From assembly GCF_006345805.1 (NCBI RefSeq), contig NW_021832306.1:1-30414 (forward strand): DNA of 30,414 nt. Direction: 5' to 3'. Numbering within the stretch: position 1 is the first letter of the stretch; each line of letters begins with the position of its first letter. The position numbers and the translations under genes are program-made. Of the stretch, positions 12,022 to 23,994 are shown piece after piece. Origin of the DNA: Octopus sinensis (Eukaryota). Under the pieces are notes generated by a model. The model had not been told where the DNA came from. It saw only the letters and a list, made by a program, of their open reading frames with translations, and ran no database searches.

Positions 12022-12080
12022 TCACATATATAAATAGTGTCTCTATTTTATATGTCAAGTGTTTTTGGTCTATATATATG

Positions 12081-12111
<31 letters not shown>

Positions 12112-12123
12112 GTATATATATAT

Positions 12124-12157
<34 letters not shown>

Positions 12158-12163
12158 ATATAT

Positions 12164-12200
<37 letters not shown>

Positions 12201-12372
12201 AATATATGTCTGTAGGCATGCGACAGGCAAAGATACTGAATTTCTCGTTTCGAAACTTACTTTGATCCAGTGCCACTTCATGGTTCTCTGTTTGGCCATT
12301 AATAATTCATAAAATATACACTTTGTCACAAATTTTGGTATATGAGATTATCTTTGATTTTACCGTCACCAG

Positions 12373-12460
12373 ACTGGTAATTATTTAATCCATTTTGGAA
12401 GTATGAAAGGCAAATATGGCATCAAACGAATTCGAACGTACGGAGACGGAACCAAAATGC
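12373..12460 (-). mobile_element. Old family-A SINE fragment
   Basis: ACTGGTAATTATTTAATC..GTATGAAAGGCAAA..GAATTCGAAC aligns by eye with the family-A core. Confidence 0.45.
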
Positions 12461-12794
12461 ATTTTCTCTGATCTTTTTGCAACCAATTAGCCTTACTTTT
12501 TTTTTTTTTTTTTACCATTCCTATGATTATGAATTAATAAAGTGCAGCTTACATTCACCAATTAAGAAGATACCCACCTGTAAAGTACATAGCAATCATT
12601 TGCAGCAAGGCGCTGCATTATCTTTTTATTTCTTGTAAAATTAAATACGTTTTGGGAGATTAATCTCGAAAAGAAGCGTTTTTCACAGGAAATTCCTGAT
12701 TATTTTTATTGGTTGAAATTCGAGACTGTAGGAAAAAACGAAAACAAACGAAAATTTGATCATCAAGAACACACAACAGACAACACACATTTAG

Positions 12795-13035
12795 ATTATA
12801 CATATATATATATATACTTACATACATACAACATACATACATACATACATACATGCATACATACATACATACATACATACATACATGCATGCATACATAC
12901 ATACATATATACATACATACATACATACATACATGCAAACATACATACATACATGCATACATAAATACATACATGCATACATACATGTATACATACACAC
13001 AGACGTACCTACATATATGAATAATTATGTGTGTG

Positions 13036-13067
<32 letters not shown>

Positions 13068-13089
13068 AATATATGTATATACACACATA

Positions 13090-13120
<31 letters not shown>
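12795..13120. repeat. (CATA)n/(TA)n microsatellite
   Basis: Read directly. Confidence 0.95.
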
Positions 13121-13124
<4 letters not shown>

Positions 13125-13479
13125 GTAAAGGGTAAAGACCCCCTTCGGTCATGAATGACCATGGGATTGCACCTAGAAAGTTACCCTCCTAGACACAAGT
13201 CTGGGCAAGGTTGTTTTTATGGAAGGCCAGCAGTCGCCCATGCATACCAGCCTCCCCCCTCCCCTCTCCACGCCACCAGTGTTATCCAAGGAAAGACAAA
13301 GGTCGATACAGCTTGGCACCAGTGACGTCGCAACTCATTTCTACAGCTGAGTGAACTGGAGCAACGTGAAAAAATAAAGTGCCTTGCACGAGAACACAAC
13401 ACGCAGCCCGGTCCGGGATTCGAGCTCACAACCTCACGATCGTAAGCTCGACGCTCTAACCACTGAGCCATGCGCCTTC
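13121..13479 (-). mobile_element. Full-length tRNA-SINE family D
   Basis: A box TGGCTCAGTGG, B-box-like AGCTCGAATCCC, body GTGTTCTCGTGCAAGGCACTTTAT, and a (TTTACCC)2 3' tail. Confidence 0.85.
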
Positions 13480-14259
13480 ATATATATATATATATATATA
13501 CATAAATATATTTATATATATATTCATATGTATATATATATATATGTATATGTATAAAGATATATGCGAACATATATAGATATGCACATCCAGTTATGTA
13601 TATATATATATATATATACATACTTATATAATCTTACAATATATGCATGTAAATATATAAATATACATATATTCACACACACAAACACACACACACGCAT
13701 ACACATACATATAGAGATATAGAGAAGCACATATTCACGCACACACGCACGCAAGATGCAGACGCGCGCACACAAACATATAAGCAAAAAGCAGAAGTCT
13801 TGAGGTATAAAGGAAACGCGAGTTAAGAAAGAATTGCAAGATATTTATAGAATGTGATTAAAGATTAAAGTTTATAGTTTCAGGCATCCACTTCAGATAA
13901 AACGTTTGAAGAATTTTAGTTTGGAAATCAATAATAAATCTCTAAATCCATCGTTTGCTCCGCCTCAATCATTGATATTCGTTTCTGGCATGAAGGAACA
14001 GCTCAGGTGGAGGAAAGGCAGAATTAACTTTGGTATTTCCTGCAACACTCAAAACGTCTGCCCTGTCTTGATAACGCGTTGATTGAAGTTAATTACACGT
14101 GGTTCCCAAAGTATTTCACTTGTAACATAGACACTTACACACACTCACAAAAAAAAACACACCACAAATATCACACACACACACACACACACACATATAC
14201 ATATGTTTTCATACAAACTCCAGACTCATCTCTCTCTCTCTCCCTCTCTCTCTGTCTAT

Positions 14260-14272
14260 ATATATACACACA

Positions 14273-14331
<59 letters not shown>

Positions 14332-14598
14332 ACATATATATATATATACATATATACATATATATATATGAATATATATATGCATATATATATACATATA
14401 TATATATATACATATATTATATATATTAATACATATATACATATATAATACATATATACAATATATACATATATATACATATATATATATATATATACTA
14501 TATATATATTATATATATATATATATATTATATATATATATATATATTATACATATATACATACATATATATATATATAACATACATATATATTATAT

Positions 14599-14656
<58 letters not shown>

Positions 14657-14670
14657 TATATATATTATTC
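14260..14670. repeat. Long (TA)n microsatellite
   Basis: Read directly. Confidence 0.95.
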
Positions 14671-14814
14671 ATACACTCACAGACATACACCAGTGTGTGT
14701 GTGTGTGTGTTTGTAAAGTGAAAATGTAAGATAAGGAAGCGATTAACAGAATCTGTATCGTTGAGATTAACGCTCGAATGTTACGTATAACTGTACTTCT
14801 CTCTCTTCCTCTTT

Positions 14815-15650
14815 TAAATTGAGTGGAACTTTTCACCGGCCACCTACGTGGTAGCTAGGCTGTGTAAGAAAGGATCATATTTTAACCATCGTCCTTCAAA
14901 TCTGAAAAAGGTTCTGGATGGAAGCACTCCGTCGGTTACGACGACGAGGGTTCCGGTTGATCCGAATCAACGGAACAGCCTGCTCGTGAAATTAACGTGT
15001 AAGTGGCTGAGCACTCCACAGACACGTGTATCCTTAACGTAGTTCTCGGGGATATTCAGCGTGACACAGAGAGTGACAAGGCCGGCCCTTTGAAATACAG
15101 GTACAACAGAAACAGAAAGTAAGAGTGAGAGAAAGTTGTGGTGAAAGAGTACAGCCGGGATCACCACCATCCCCTGCCGGAGCCTCGTGGAGCTTTAGGT
15201 ATTTTCGCTCAATAAACACTCACAACGCCCGGTCTGGGAATCGAAACCGCGATCCTATAACCGCGAGTCCGCTGCCCTAACCACTGGGCCATTGCGCCTC
15301 CACTTAAAGAAGGTTCTACTGACTTTTCTAGTCATAGATATCGCGATCATTCGTAGCGTATGAATTAATGCATTGCATCCTCTCCACAAGAACCCAAGTT
15401 CAGCCATCATATGCTCCAGACGAGTTGGTATGCATTCCGTTGCTCCAATAAAAATGGTTATGAATCTGAAAGTGCATTTTGGATGCCGGATTTGCAAACC
15501 TCTTATCAATGGTCCGTATATTTCCTCTTTCTCTTGTACTTTTCGAACTACGTTGGTGCCCCGAGGACAGCTGATTTCCACAACAGAACATATCTTTTCT
15601 TTGAGACCCCACACAACAATATCTGGTTGGTTGTGTATTAACTTGAGGAT
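14815..15650 (-). pseudogene. 3' remnant of an RLE-type non-LTR retrotransposon (endonuclease domain), split by a SINE
   Basis: HNQPDIVVWGLKEKICSVVEISCP..KVQEKEEIYGPL..IGAT..LGF..RTFF fits a restriction-like endonuclease PD-(D/E)xK C-terminus. The frame resumes as RTFFRF after the SINE. Clade not assignable by eye. Confidence 0.65.
14916..15303 (-). mobile_element. Full-length tRNA-SINE family B (tail type 1) with decayed 14-bp TSD
   Basis: A box TGGCCCAGTGG, B box GGTTTCGATTCCC. Flanks CTGAAAAAGGTTCT (14902-14915) and TTAAAGAAGGTTCT (15304-15317) match 11/14. Confidence 0.9.
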
Positions 15651-15677
15651 TCCTTTTTTTTTTAAATTTAGAGTTAA

Positions 15678-16075
15678 CTAGCAGTATCGCCCGGCGTTGC
15701 TCGGGTTTGTAAGGGAAATAACTATATAAGCCTTTTTAGAGAGTTATAGCCAAAAAAAATAGCAAAAAAATGCATTAAAAATGGAAAAAAAATTATGGTA
15801 ATTTTCTTTATATCGTTGACTCATCGTAGACATTTTTAGAGAGTTACTTCCCTTATATAATAGCGAAAAGAATGCATTAAAATGGAAAAAATGATGGTAA
15901 TTTTTTTTTTTAATCGTAGACTCATCGTAGACGCGCGCTAATACCCAGAAGGGCTCGATATGAATCACGACTATAAGATACCCGGTTTTGGTTAAACTGC
16001 ACCGCAAAATGTGGGAGTAGTTAGGAATCTAAATCGTAGGAGACGGACACACAACTTCACTTTTATATATAAAGA
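15678..16075 (-). mobile_element. Non-autonomous Helitron, 398 bp
   Basis: On the minus strand: A|TCTTTATATAT at the 5' end, hairpin CCCGAGCAACGCCGGG (15690-15705) then 8 nt then CTAG|T at the 3' end. No TSD. Internal ~100-bp duplication. Confidence 0.78.
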
Positions 16076-16169
16076 TTTTGACCGGTCACCAGCTTGGTAG
16101 CAATGTTGTGAAGGAAAGTATCTTTCTTTGTTTATCCTCATTTAAATCCTTTTTTAATGTGTGAATTTG

Positions 16170-16253
16170 TAGTGTATGAATTAGGGAGTTGCGTTCTCTC
16201 CACAAGAACCCAAGTCCAGCCATACTTTGCCCCAAGCGGATCGGTACACACCC
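16170..16253 (-). pseudogene. Second diverged fragment of the same RLE-LINE C-terminus
   Basis: GCVPIRLGQSMAGLGFLWRERNSLIHTL versus ECIPTRLEHMMAELGFLWRGCNALIHTL at 15353-15439. Confidence 0.6.
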
Positions 16254-16368
16254 ATATTTCAAGAAAACCAAAACTTCTGCGCTTAGACACATATGCATAA
16301 ATATATGCATGCATGTATATATGCATGCATATATATATGATTATATATATATATATATATATAATATA

Positions 16369-16422
<54 letters not shown>

Positions 16423-16815
16423 CTATATACATATACATATATATACACACACACACATATATATATATATAAAGATATATATATATATAATATATGTACG
16501 TATATATATGTATATAAATGTATATGCTTGTGAATGTATGTGGGCGCGCACGTGTGTGTATGCGTCAGTTTGTGAGAGTGTGTGTATGTGTCTCTGCGTA
16601 TGTTGCTATGTGTCTGTCCCGATGTGTACAACGCAGTGCGTTCTCCTGTTCTTGCCGCGGTCTGTATTCTCCCACCCCCCCACCCCCCCACCACTAGACA
16701 GGTAAGTGTGATTCAGTTATTGTTATTTAACACCTGAAATTGGTGGGGGTTGATGTTAAGTACACAGTATTACTAATGTAACTAACCTGGGTATTCAAAA
16801 AGCTGAAAAACAGCA

Positions 16816-16866
<51 letters not shown>

Positions 16867-17103
16867 GTCACCCCGTCTCCCCGTTCATCCCCCTGCAATA
16901 TAGTTATGACAACTTTATTGGCCTGTTCTATTGGCATCTGGCCACATATCTGTTATGCTGCAATGGGAGCAAATTGCATAGTATCATAATTATACATGCA
17001 TACAAAAAGATACACATGTATATACTCACATACATATGACTAAACTTATATATAATATATATATATCTGCATCTACCTAAATCCTTCTCTTTCCTTCTCT
17101 GTT

Positions 17104-17176
<73 letters not shown>

Positions 17177-17232
17177 TATATAATACATACACATATATGT
17201 ATGCATGTATATATATATAAATGTATGTGTAT

Positions 17233-17605
17233 ATGGCTGTGTGGTAAGTAGCTTGCTTACCAACCACATGGTTTCGGGTTCAGTACCATGCTTGTGAGTG
17301 GATTTGGGAGACGGAAACTGAAAGAAGCCGGTCGTGTATATATATATATATACGTATGTATGTATGTATGTATGTATGTATGTATACATGTGCGTGTGTG
17401 TTTGTCTGTTTGTGTTTGTCCCCCTACCCCAATATAACTCGACAACCGATCCTGGTGTGTTTATGTTCCCGTAACCTAGTGGTTCGGCAAAGAGACCGAT
17501 AGAATAAGTAGTGGGCTTACAAAGAATACGTCCTGGGGTTGATTTGCGCGACTAAAGGCGTTACTCCAGCATGGCTGTAGTCAAATGACTGAAAAAATTA
17601 AAAGA
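17233..17605 (+). mobile_element. tRNA-SINE family C with internal (TA)/(TATG)/(TG) microsatellite
   Basis: Head TGGCTGTGTGGTAAGTAGCTTGC..GGGTTCAGT, body matching 27555-27720 apart from an internal deletion, and a 3' half ending GTCAAATGACTGAAAAAATTAAAAGA. Confidence 0.8.
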
Positions 17606-17621
17606 CAAAAAAAACATAACT

Positions 17622-17870
17622 AAGGCGGCGAGCTGGCGGAATCGTTACCACGCTGGACAAAACGCTTAGTAGCTTTTCGTCCGGACAAAACGCTTAGTAG
17701 CTTCTCGTCCGTCTTTGCCTTCTGATTTCAAATTCTGCCGAGGTGGGCTTTACTTTTCATTCTTTCTGGATCGATAAAACAAGGACCAGTGGAACATTGC
17801 GATCGGTATAAGCGACTTAACCCCTCCCGAATTTCCTGGCTTAGGACCAAAATTTGAAATTATTATCATC
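17622..17870 (+). mobile_element. tRNA-SINE family A with a 28-bp tandem duplication in the head
   Basis: Family-A head and core, (ATT)-type tail; 17655-17682 is repeated at 17683-17710 with one mismatch. Confidence 0.75.
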
Positions 17871-17938
17871 ACCACCATCCAAAAACCATTACATCCAAAT
17901 TTAATTAGCCAGTGGGTTAACCTCACGTGATAATCCTT

Positions 17939-19046
17939 AAAATTTGTCAAGCGATGCAGACTAAGTTTGATCCTTAAGTCGAAATTAACGGGACGGAATA
18001 AGATGGAAGCTATCAACACCTGGGTGGTTTCACTCCTTAGATATGGAGCAGGGGTAATCGCATGGACAGTAGAGGAACTAAACAGCTTAGACAGAAAGAC
18101 AAGGAAGATGCTAACTAGATATGGGCCACTCCATCCAAAAAGTGACACAGACAGACTGTATGTACCAAGAAAGAGAGGGGGAAGAGGACTTATTGGATGC
18201 GAACACATCATTAGAGCAGAAGAATGCCACAGAACCGATATTATTAGAAGTAGAAAGGTCAGGCTTGTGTAGGATGAAAGATTGCAAAGATAAAGCACTA
18301 TACAAGAAATTGAAAACGAATGAAACTGAAAATAGGTGGGTAAAGAAAAGAATGCATGGTCAATTTCATAGGGATGTTGAAGATAAGACAGACAGAGGAA
18401 AAAAGATGGCTGTGGATGACTAAAAGTGATTTAAAACCGCAAGCACTAAGAACAAACTATATAAAATACAGAATAGACAATACATCAGAAAGTGATAAGT
18501 GCAGAATCTGTGAACAAAACGGTGAAACCGTGTGGCATATTACCAGCCAATGTACTCCACTAGTCCAGAAGGAATATAAGAGACGCCATGACAATATAGC
18601 CAGGCTTGTCCATTGGACACTTTGCAACAAGTATGGACTTGACAGAGGAAAAAATTGGTATGACCACAAACCAGAAGGCATCGTAGAAAATAGAAATGCA
18701 AAGATCCTATGGGATTTTATGATTCAGTGCGACCATGAGATTGAGAATAGGAAGCCAGACATAGTGTTAATTGAGAAAGAAAGCAAATGATGCTGGATCA
18801 TAGACATAGCATGCCCAGCTGACAACAAGGTATGCGATAAGGATATGACAGGTTAGCTTGGGAAGTTAAGCAGTTGTGGTTGATAAAAAGGTAGCAGTAG
18901 TACCAATAATTGTCGGAGCCCTGGGAATAGTGAGCAAAAATCTCGAGAAGTACGTGGAACAAATAGGGGCTGCAATAAGGGCGGAGCACTTGGAGAAAAC
19001 AGGACTGCTTGGAACCGCTCGAATATTCCGGAAGGTGCTCGAATAA
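17939..19046 (+). pseudogene. R4/Dong-type ORF C-terminal part: RT thumb, CCHC finger, RLE endonuclease
   Basis: ILKSKLTGRNKMEAINTW..LYVPRKRGGRGL; CRIC..ETVWHITSQC; RRHDNIARLVHW; KILWDF..RKPDIVL..IIDIACPAD; VPIIVGALG..TARIFRKVLE*. Frameshifts, deletions and a TGA at 18788-18790. Confidence 0.88.
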
Positions 19047-19183
19047 TAAGAGGTGTTATTTTAGTTCACTGGTAGTGTAAAGCTGACACAGTAGTACATC
19101 TCCAGCGTTAGAAACTGTGCAAAGGCAATAACAACAACAACAACAACACCAACAACAACACCACCAACAACAACAACAACAAC

Positions 19184-19230
<47 letters not shown>
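17939..19230 (+). mobile_element. 5'-truncated R4/Dong-type non-LTR retrotransposon with 3' UTR and (AAC)n(AAT)n tail
   Basis: Contains the pseudogene below, a short 3' UTR (19047-19126) and a trinucleotide tail. Confidence 0.85.
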
Positions 19231-19231
<1 letters not shown>

Positions 19232-19441
19232 CCTTTCTACTAAAGGCACAAGTCCTTGAAATTCTGGTTGGGGTGTCTAGTCGATTAGATCGACCCCAGT
19301 GTTTTACTGGTTCTTTATTTATCGACCCTGAAAGGATGAAAGGCAAATTCGACCTCGGCGGAATTTGAAGGGGTGAAATAGCAACAGGTGAAATACTGCT
19401 AAGTATTTCGTCCAGCTAACAATCCTGCTAGCTCGCCGCCA
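19232..19441 (-). mobile_element. tRNA-SINE family A with (ATT)n tail
   Basis: Reverse complement of the family-A head and core; its tail is contiguous with the R4 (AAT)n run. Confidence 0.8.
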
Positions 19442-19474
19442 TAAATAACAACAACAACAATAATGATAATCTTA

Positions 19475-19525
<51 letters not shown>

Positions 19526-19618
19526 TAATAATAATATAATAATGATAATAATAATATATAATAATAATAATAATATAATAATAATAATATAATAATAATA
19601 ATGATAATAATAATAATA

Positions 19619-19667
<49 letters not shown>
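19442..19667. repeat. (AAC)n/(AAT)n tract, tail of the next SINE
   Basis: Read directly. Confidence 0.9.
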
Positions 19668-19668
19668 T

Positions 19669-19868
19669 GTCTTTTCTATTGAAAGCACAAGGCCATGACA
19701 TTTTGTAAGAGGGTACTGGTAGGTTGTATCGACCCCAGGATTTCACTGATACTTGCTTTATCGACCCCGATAGGATGAAAGGCAATGTCAATCTTGGCAG
19801 AAATTGAACCCAAAATGTAAAGACGGACGAAATGCTGATAAGCATTTTGTCCGGCATGCTAACGCCTC
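19669..19868 (-). mobile_element. tRNA-SINE family A, older copy
   Basis: ATCGACCCCGATAGGATGAAAGGCAA core and AAGCATTTTGTCCGGCATGCTAAC head remnant. Confidence 0.7.
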
Positions 19869-20142
19869 ATTCCACGATATATAGAAGACAATTAATTATG
19901 CAATAATTATATAGAATAATTAAAGAAACATGGAGAACTTCACTCGCTTGGTTAACGATCTACCATCGTTTTGTGCTCGAATGCTAACATGAAGCAGAGC
20001 TGTATCTATATGCATTACATAACGTATGCATGTGGTTGTTTTTCCCAAGTCCATGCCATATTGCAGATGTCCGTTATTGTAAGACATTTGTGACGGATGA
20101 AAACGGAAGACTTTTTTGTTACGAGGTGTTCGTGTGAGCAAA

Positions 20143-20527
20143 TGTGATTGTCACTGATGTCGCTGTTGAGCGAACGGTCTTCGTCCCAGAGCTCGCAAGA
20201 TGGGAGAAGTCCGAAACGTGGTCCTTTGCTATTCGTAAGACCCGCAGAAGAGAAAGCAGGTCAACCCCTGACACTGAGAGCATCGACGGATGGATGAATG
20301 CGCATCCAGGCTCAGCGGTTGCGTAGGAAGTCGGGAACAAGAAACAGGAAGAAAGAGTGAGAGAAAGTTGGAGTGAAAGAGTACAACAGGGGTCGCCACC
20401 ACCCCCTGCCGGAGCCTCGTGGAGCTTTAGGTGTTTTCGCTCAATAAACACACACAACACTCGGTCTGGGAATCGAAACCGCGATCCTCCGACCGCTGCC
20501 CTAACCACTGGGCCATTGCGCCTCCAC
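20143..20527 (-). mobile_element. tRNA-SINE family B (tail type 2)
   Basis: Same head and body as 14916-15303, then a different 3' part ending GAGCTCTGGGACGAAGACCGTTCGCTCAAC. Confidence 0.85.
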
Positions 20528-21309
20528 TGTTGTTATGATTGGTGCCATTATTGATCCTGGTGTATTATTTCCTGTCACCTGATAGAGAACCAAATGGACA
20601 TAATACACAGAAACTTGTATCTTTCGCTTCCACTTCCTTCTTAACTGCCATGCCGGATGTGACCATTTTCCTTTGGCGAATCTTTTCAGATGCGAAACGA
20701 TGACAATTGTCAATGCTCCATGTTCAACCCAAGCAAACTCTTCAAAGCCGCATGCTCTAAAAATTCCGTCCAATATATATCTACAGGAACCATAGTTCGT
20801 CATCTAGTTTGCTACATTTTGAAAACAAAATTCAAATTATCGGGTTTTACCGTTAAAAACGTATTATTTCACATTCTCTTGAAGTTTCTAAAATTATGAT
20901 GTAAATCATCATCATCATCATCATCATCACCACCAAGACCTATATTAAGAGATTTTCGGAAGGCAGAATCGGTGATATGATGGAGAATACGTCTTACAGA
21001 ATGTCATTCCATTCTTTTCTTTTATTTTTTCGAACATAAAATCTTGCCCAGTTCCAGTGAGATGTACTTCTTGATGTACTTCTTATAAATCTGCAAACGA
21101 ACGGCGCTTGGTAGAATCCTAAGAAAGGCGGATAACACGTCTTCAAGGCGATGTTCGTTTACGTTTCCAGTTAAAATTCCACCCGGGTTATAGTTGTCTT
21201 TTATCCTTCCTGGGTAGGAAGAATAAAGTTGCTGTCAATTAACACAACTGGCAGAATCGAATGCATCCGCTGAACAAGAATTTGTGACCTTGCAGTTTAT
21301 CCTAGAATA

Positions 21310-21407
21310 TTTCATTATTACCATTATCATTACCATTGTCATTTATTATTATTATTATTATATTATTATTATTATTAGTAGTAGTAGTAGTAGTAGTAGT
21401 ATTATTA

Positions 21408-21460
<53 letters not shown>
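21310..21460. repeat. (ATT)n/(AGT)n tract
   Basis: Read directly. Confidence 0.95.
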
Positions 21461-21462
<2 letters not shown>

Positions 21463-23063
21463 GATAGAAATGAACATAAAGAAGATAAACACGAGTGCGA
21501 GCAAGTTAAGGAAACCACTGTTTGTTTATCACTTGCCAGCAAGAACTGTAAACATTAGTAAATTTGACCTTCATATTCATAAATTGCTTATGTCATTAGA
21601 TCTTCTTAGAGAGTTTCTTGGTTCCTTTCCAAACATTATTACCGACATGCAATCTTCATTGTTTCTTTTGGTGAATTTCCAGTGGTTGTGTTTGTTTTTT
21701 TTTTTTTTTTTTTCTTTCCTTTCCTTCTTTTTTTCTTTGTGTGAATATTCCTTGCGTTAAGACCGTTCTGTTTTAGATTCTGTTAAAACCAGCACCGATT
21801 CTTGCTTCTCATTAAACACTTTTTCACACTTTGTAATCGCTGACGGCATTTTTTTTCCTTCTTTACTACCAGATAATTGTTAGATGTATATTTATCATTT
21901 TATTTGTTTATCTAGTTGTGTTATATATACGTTTATATATACGTTTATATTTTTTATTTGTTGATTTTGTTATGTTTATGTGAGTGTGTGTGTGTGTGTT
22001 TATTTGTATGTAGGTGGATGTCAGAGCTGTTTGGATTTTTAATGCTTTTGTTTCTTCGTTTTCGTTTCGTTTGCCAAATTGTGACGTCATGGAACTGGCA
22101 GTGGTACTAAACAGCGGAAGTGCTCTTTGCTTCCGTTATTTAGCAGACATACAAAGTCTAGATACCAAGGAAAACAAGTCCGTACGTCAGTGGATCTACT
22201 TACCAAACTTAAAACACAGTGCATCGCAGGAAAATAAAAGAAATAAACAAATGCACTAAAATGAGAAAAAAGAAGAACCTTTCAAAATACCAAAAGTTGT
22301 ATGTTTTTGAAATACGCCATTAAGTTTGGGTGACTGAAGAACAAGTTCAGAGAAGAATTCTGTTTATAGAAATGGAACCACTAGTAATTCCGTTTTATTT
22401 CCTCTTACTTGTAGTAGAAAATGTCAGAATGAACTGGAGGTTTTCCCAATTCGAAGATCTTCACCAGTTAAGTGATATCGTTCCTCAGTGAGAGAATACC
22501 AGCTCTGCTGTTTGTATACTCAACAACGGTGTGTGAAGCCGCTTATAGGAACAACGAAGTTAGTTTTTTCTTCTGGTTTAACCTCCGGTTAGCCTTCAAC
22601 CAGAATATCTGTCGTGAAACGCTTTGTAGCAATACAAATCCAGTGTGTTAAAATATTATCAAGAACTATATTCATTTAATGAATCGTTCTTATCTTTAAG
22701 ATGGTAACGTGTCTTGAGAGATTTTTGGTTCTTGTTTCTAGCAAGTCGATCGATTGCTTACTGCAGCCTTCGTTGGTTTTAAGTAAAAACTTATAGGGCG
22801 ATAAATCTTCCAGTCTAACTCCACCGTTTGGTTTCCGAGTGTCTTTTATGGAGTATGTTACAAATATTTAAGTCGCATAACTATACACACAAGCAAGACA
22901 CACACACACACACACGATACTTCCGTTTCTCGTGCAGACTTTGGCTTGTCAGTCAATTTAGTTTCTCCTTCGGCTTGTTAATTCTATAAACGTGAAATGA
23001 CCAACACAACACGCCACACAGTTTGAAAACGGACAGAAGAAGAAAAAGAGCTGAAAATAGACA

Positions 23064-23160
23064 AAATCGACCTTGGCAGAATTCGAACTCAGAACGGTAT
23101 AGACGGGCGTTTGCCGCTAAGCACTTTGCTCCGCGTGCTAACGATTCTGCCAGCTTGCCG
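23064..23160 (-). mobile_element. Family-A SINE head fragment
   Basis: GCAGAATTCGAACTCAGAAC..CGTGCTAACGATTCTGCCAGCTTGCC. Confidence 0.7.
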
Positions 23161-23166
23161 GTTTAA

Positions 23167-23747
23167 GCTTTTCTACTCCAGGCACAAGGCCAGAAATTTT
23201 GGGAGGGGGCCAGTCAATTAGTTCGATCCCAGTACACAACTGATGCTAAATTTAGCGACCCCGAAAGGATGAAAGCCAAAGTCGACCTCGACAGAATTTG
23301 AACTCAGAACGTAAAGACAGATGAAATACCTATTTCTTTACTACCCACAAGGGGCCAAACACAGACGGGACAAACAAGGACAGACAAACAAATTAAGTCG
23401 ATTAGATCGACCCCAGTGCGTAACTGGTACTTATTTAATCGACCCCGAAAGGATGAAAGGCAAAGTCGACGTCGGCGGAATTTGAACTCAGAACGTAGCG
23501 GCAGACGAAATACCTATTTCTTTACTACCCACAAGGGGCTACACACAAAGGAGACAAACAGGGACAGACAAACGGATTAAGTCGATTACATCCACCCCAG
23601 TGCGTAACTGGTACTTAATTTATCGACTCCGAAAGGATGAAAGGCAAAGTCGACCTCGGCGGAATTTGAACTCTGAACGTAACGGCAGACGAAATACGGC
23701 TAAGCATTTCGCCCGGCGTGCTAACGTTTTTGCCAGCTCACCGCCTT
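23167..23747 (-). mobile_element. Family-A SINE with one head and three tandem bodies
   Basis: Head 23698-23747; 184-bp units at 23515-23698 and 23331-23514; third body with an alternative tail at 23167-23330. Confidence 0.9.
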
Positions 23748-23994
23748 GTGAACGTTTCTATATTAACCACAGAAGATGGTTGGCGATATCATTTATAGAT
23801 AAGAAACAAACCTTACCCCGGTAGGATTTGAAATTAGAATATAGAGAGCAGTAACAAAAATATCAACGCATAATTTACGACGCACCGACGACTGAAATAT
23901 TTAGACCAAGTGAAATTACAAGAAATATTACTGGCATTTCAGGGTGAAAACACTAGAATTTGAAACCACATAGTGACAACTACTGCAACATCAA

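Noticed and set aside
13405-13479. tRNA-like sequences here and at the other SINE heads
   Set aside because: They continue into SINE bodies and lack a full acceptor stem; not tRNA genes.
19920-20141. GMDLGKTTT resembling a SNF2 Walker A motif
   Set aside because: Lacks the preceding hydrophobic-DE context and any other helicase motif; likely chance.
23331-23698. CRISPR-like or LTR-like reading of the 184-bp and 540-bp repeats
   Set aside because: No repeat-spacer alternation, no cas genes, no TG..CA/PBS/PPT, and the context is eukaryotic.
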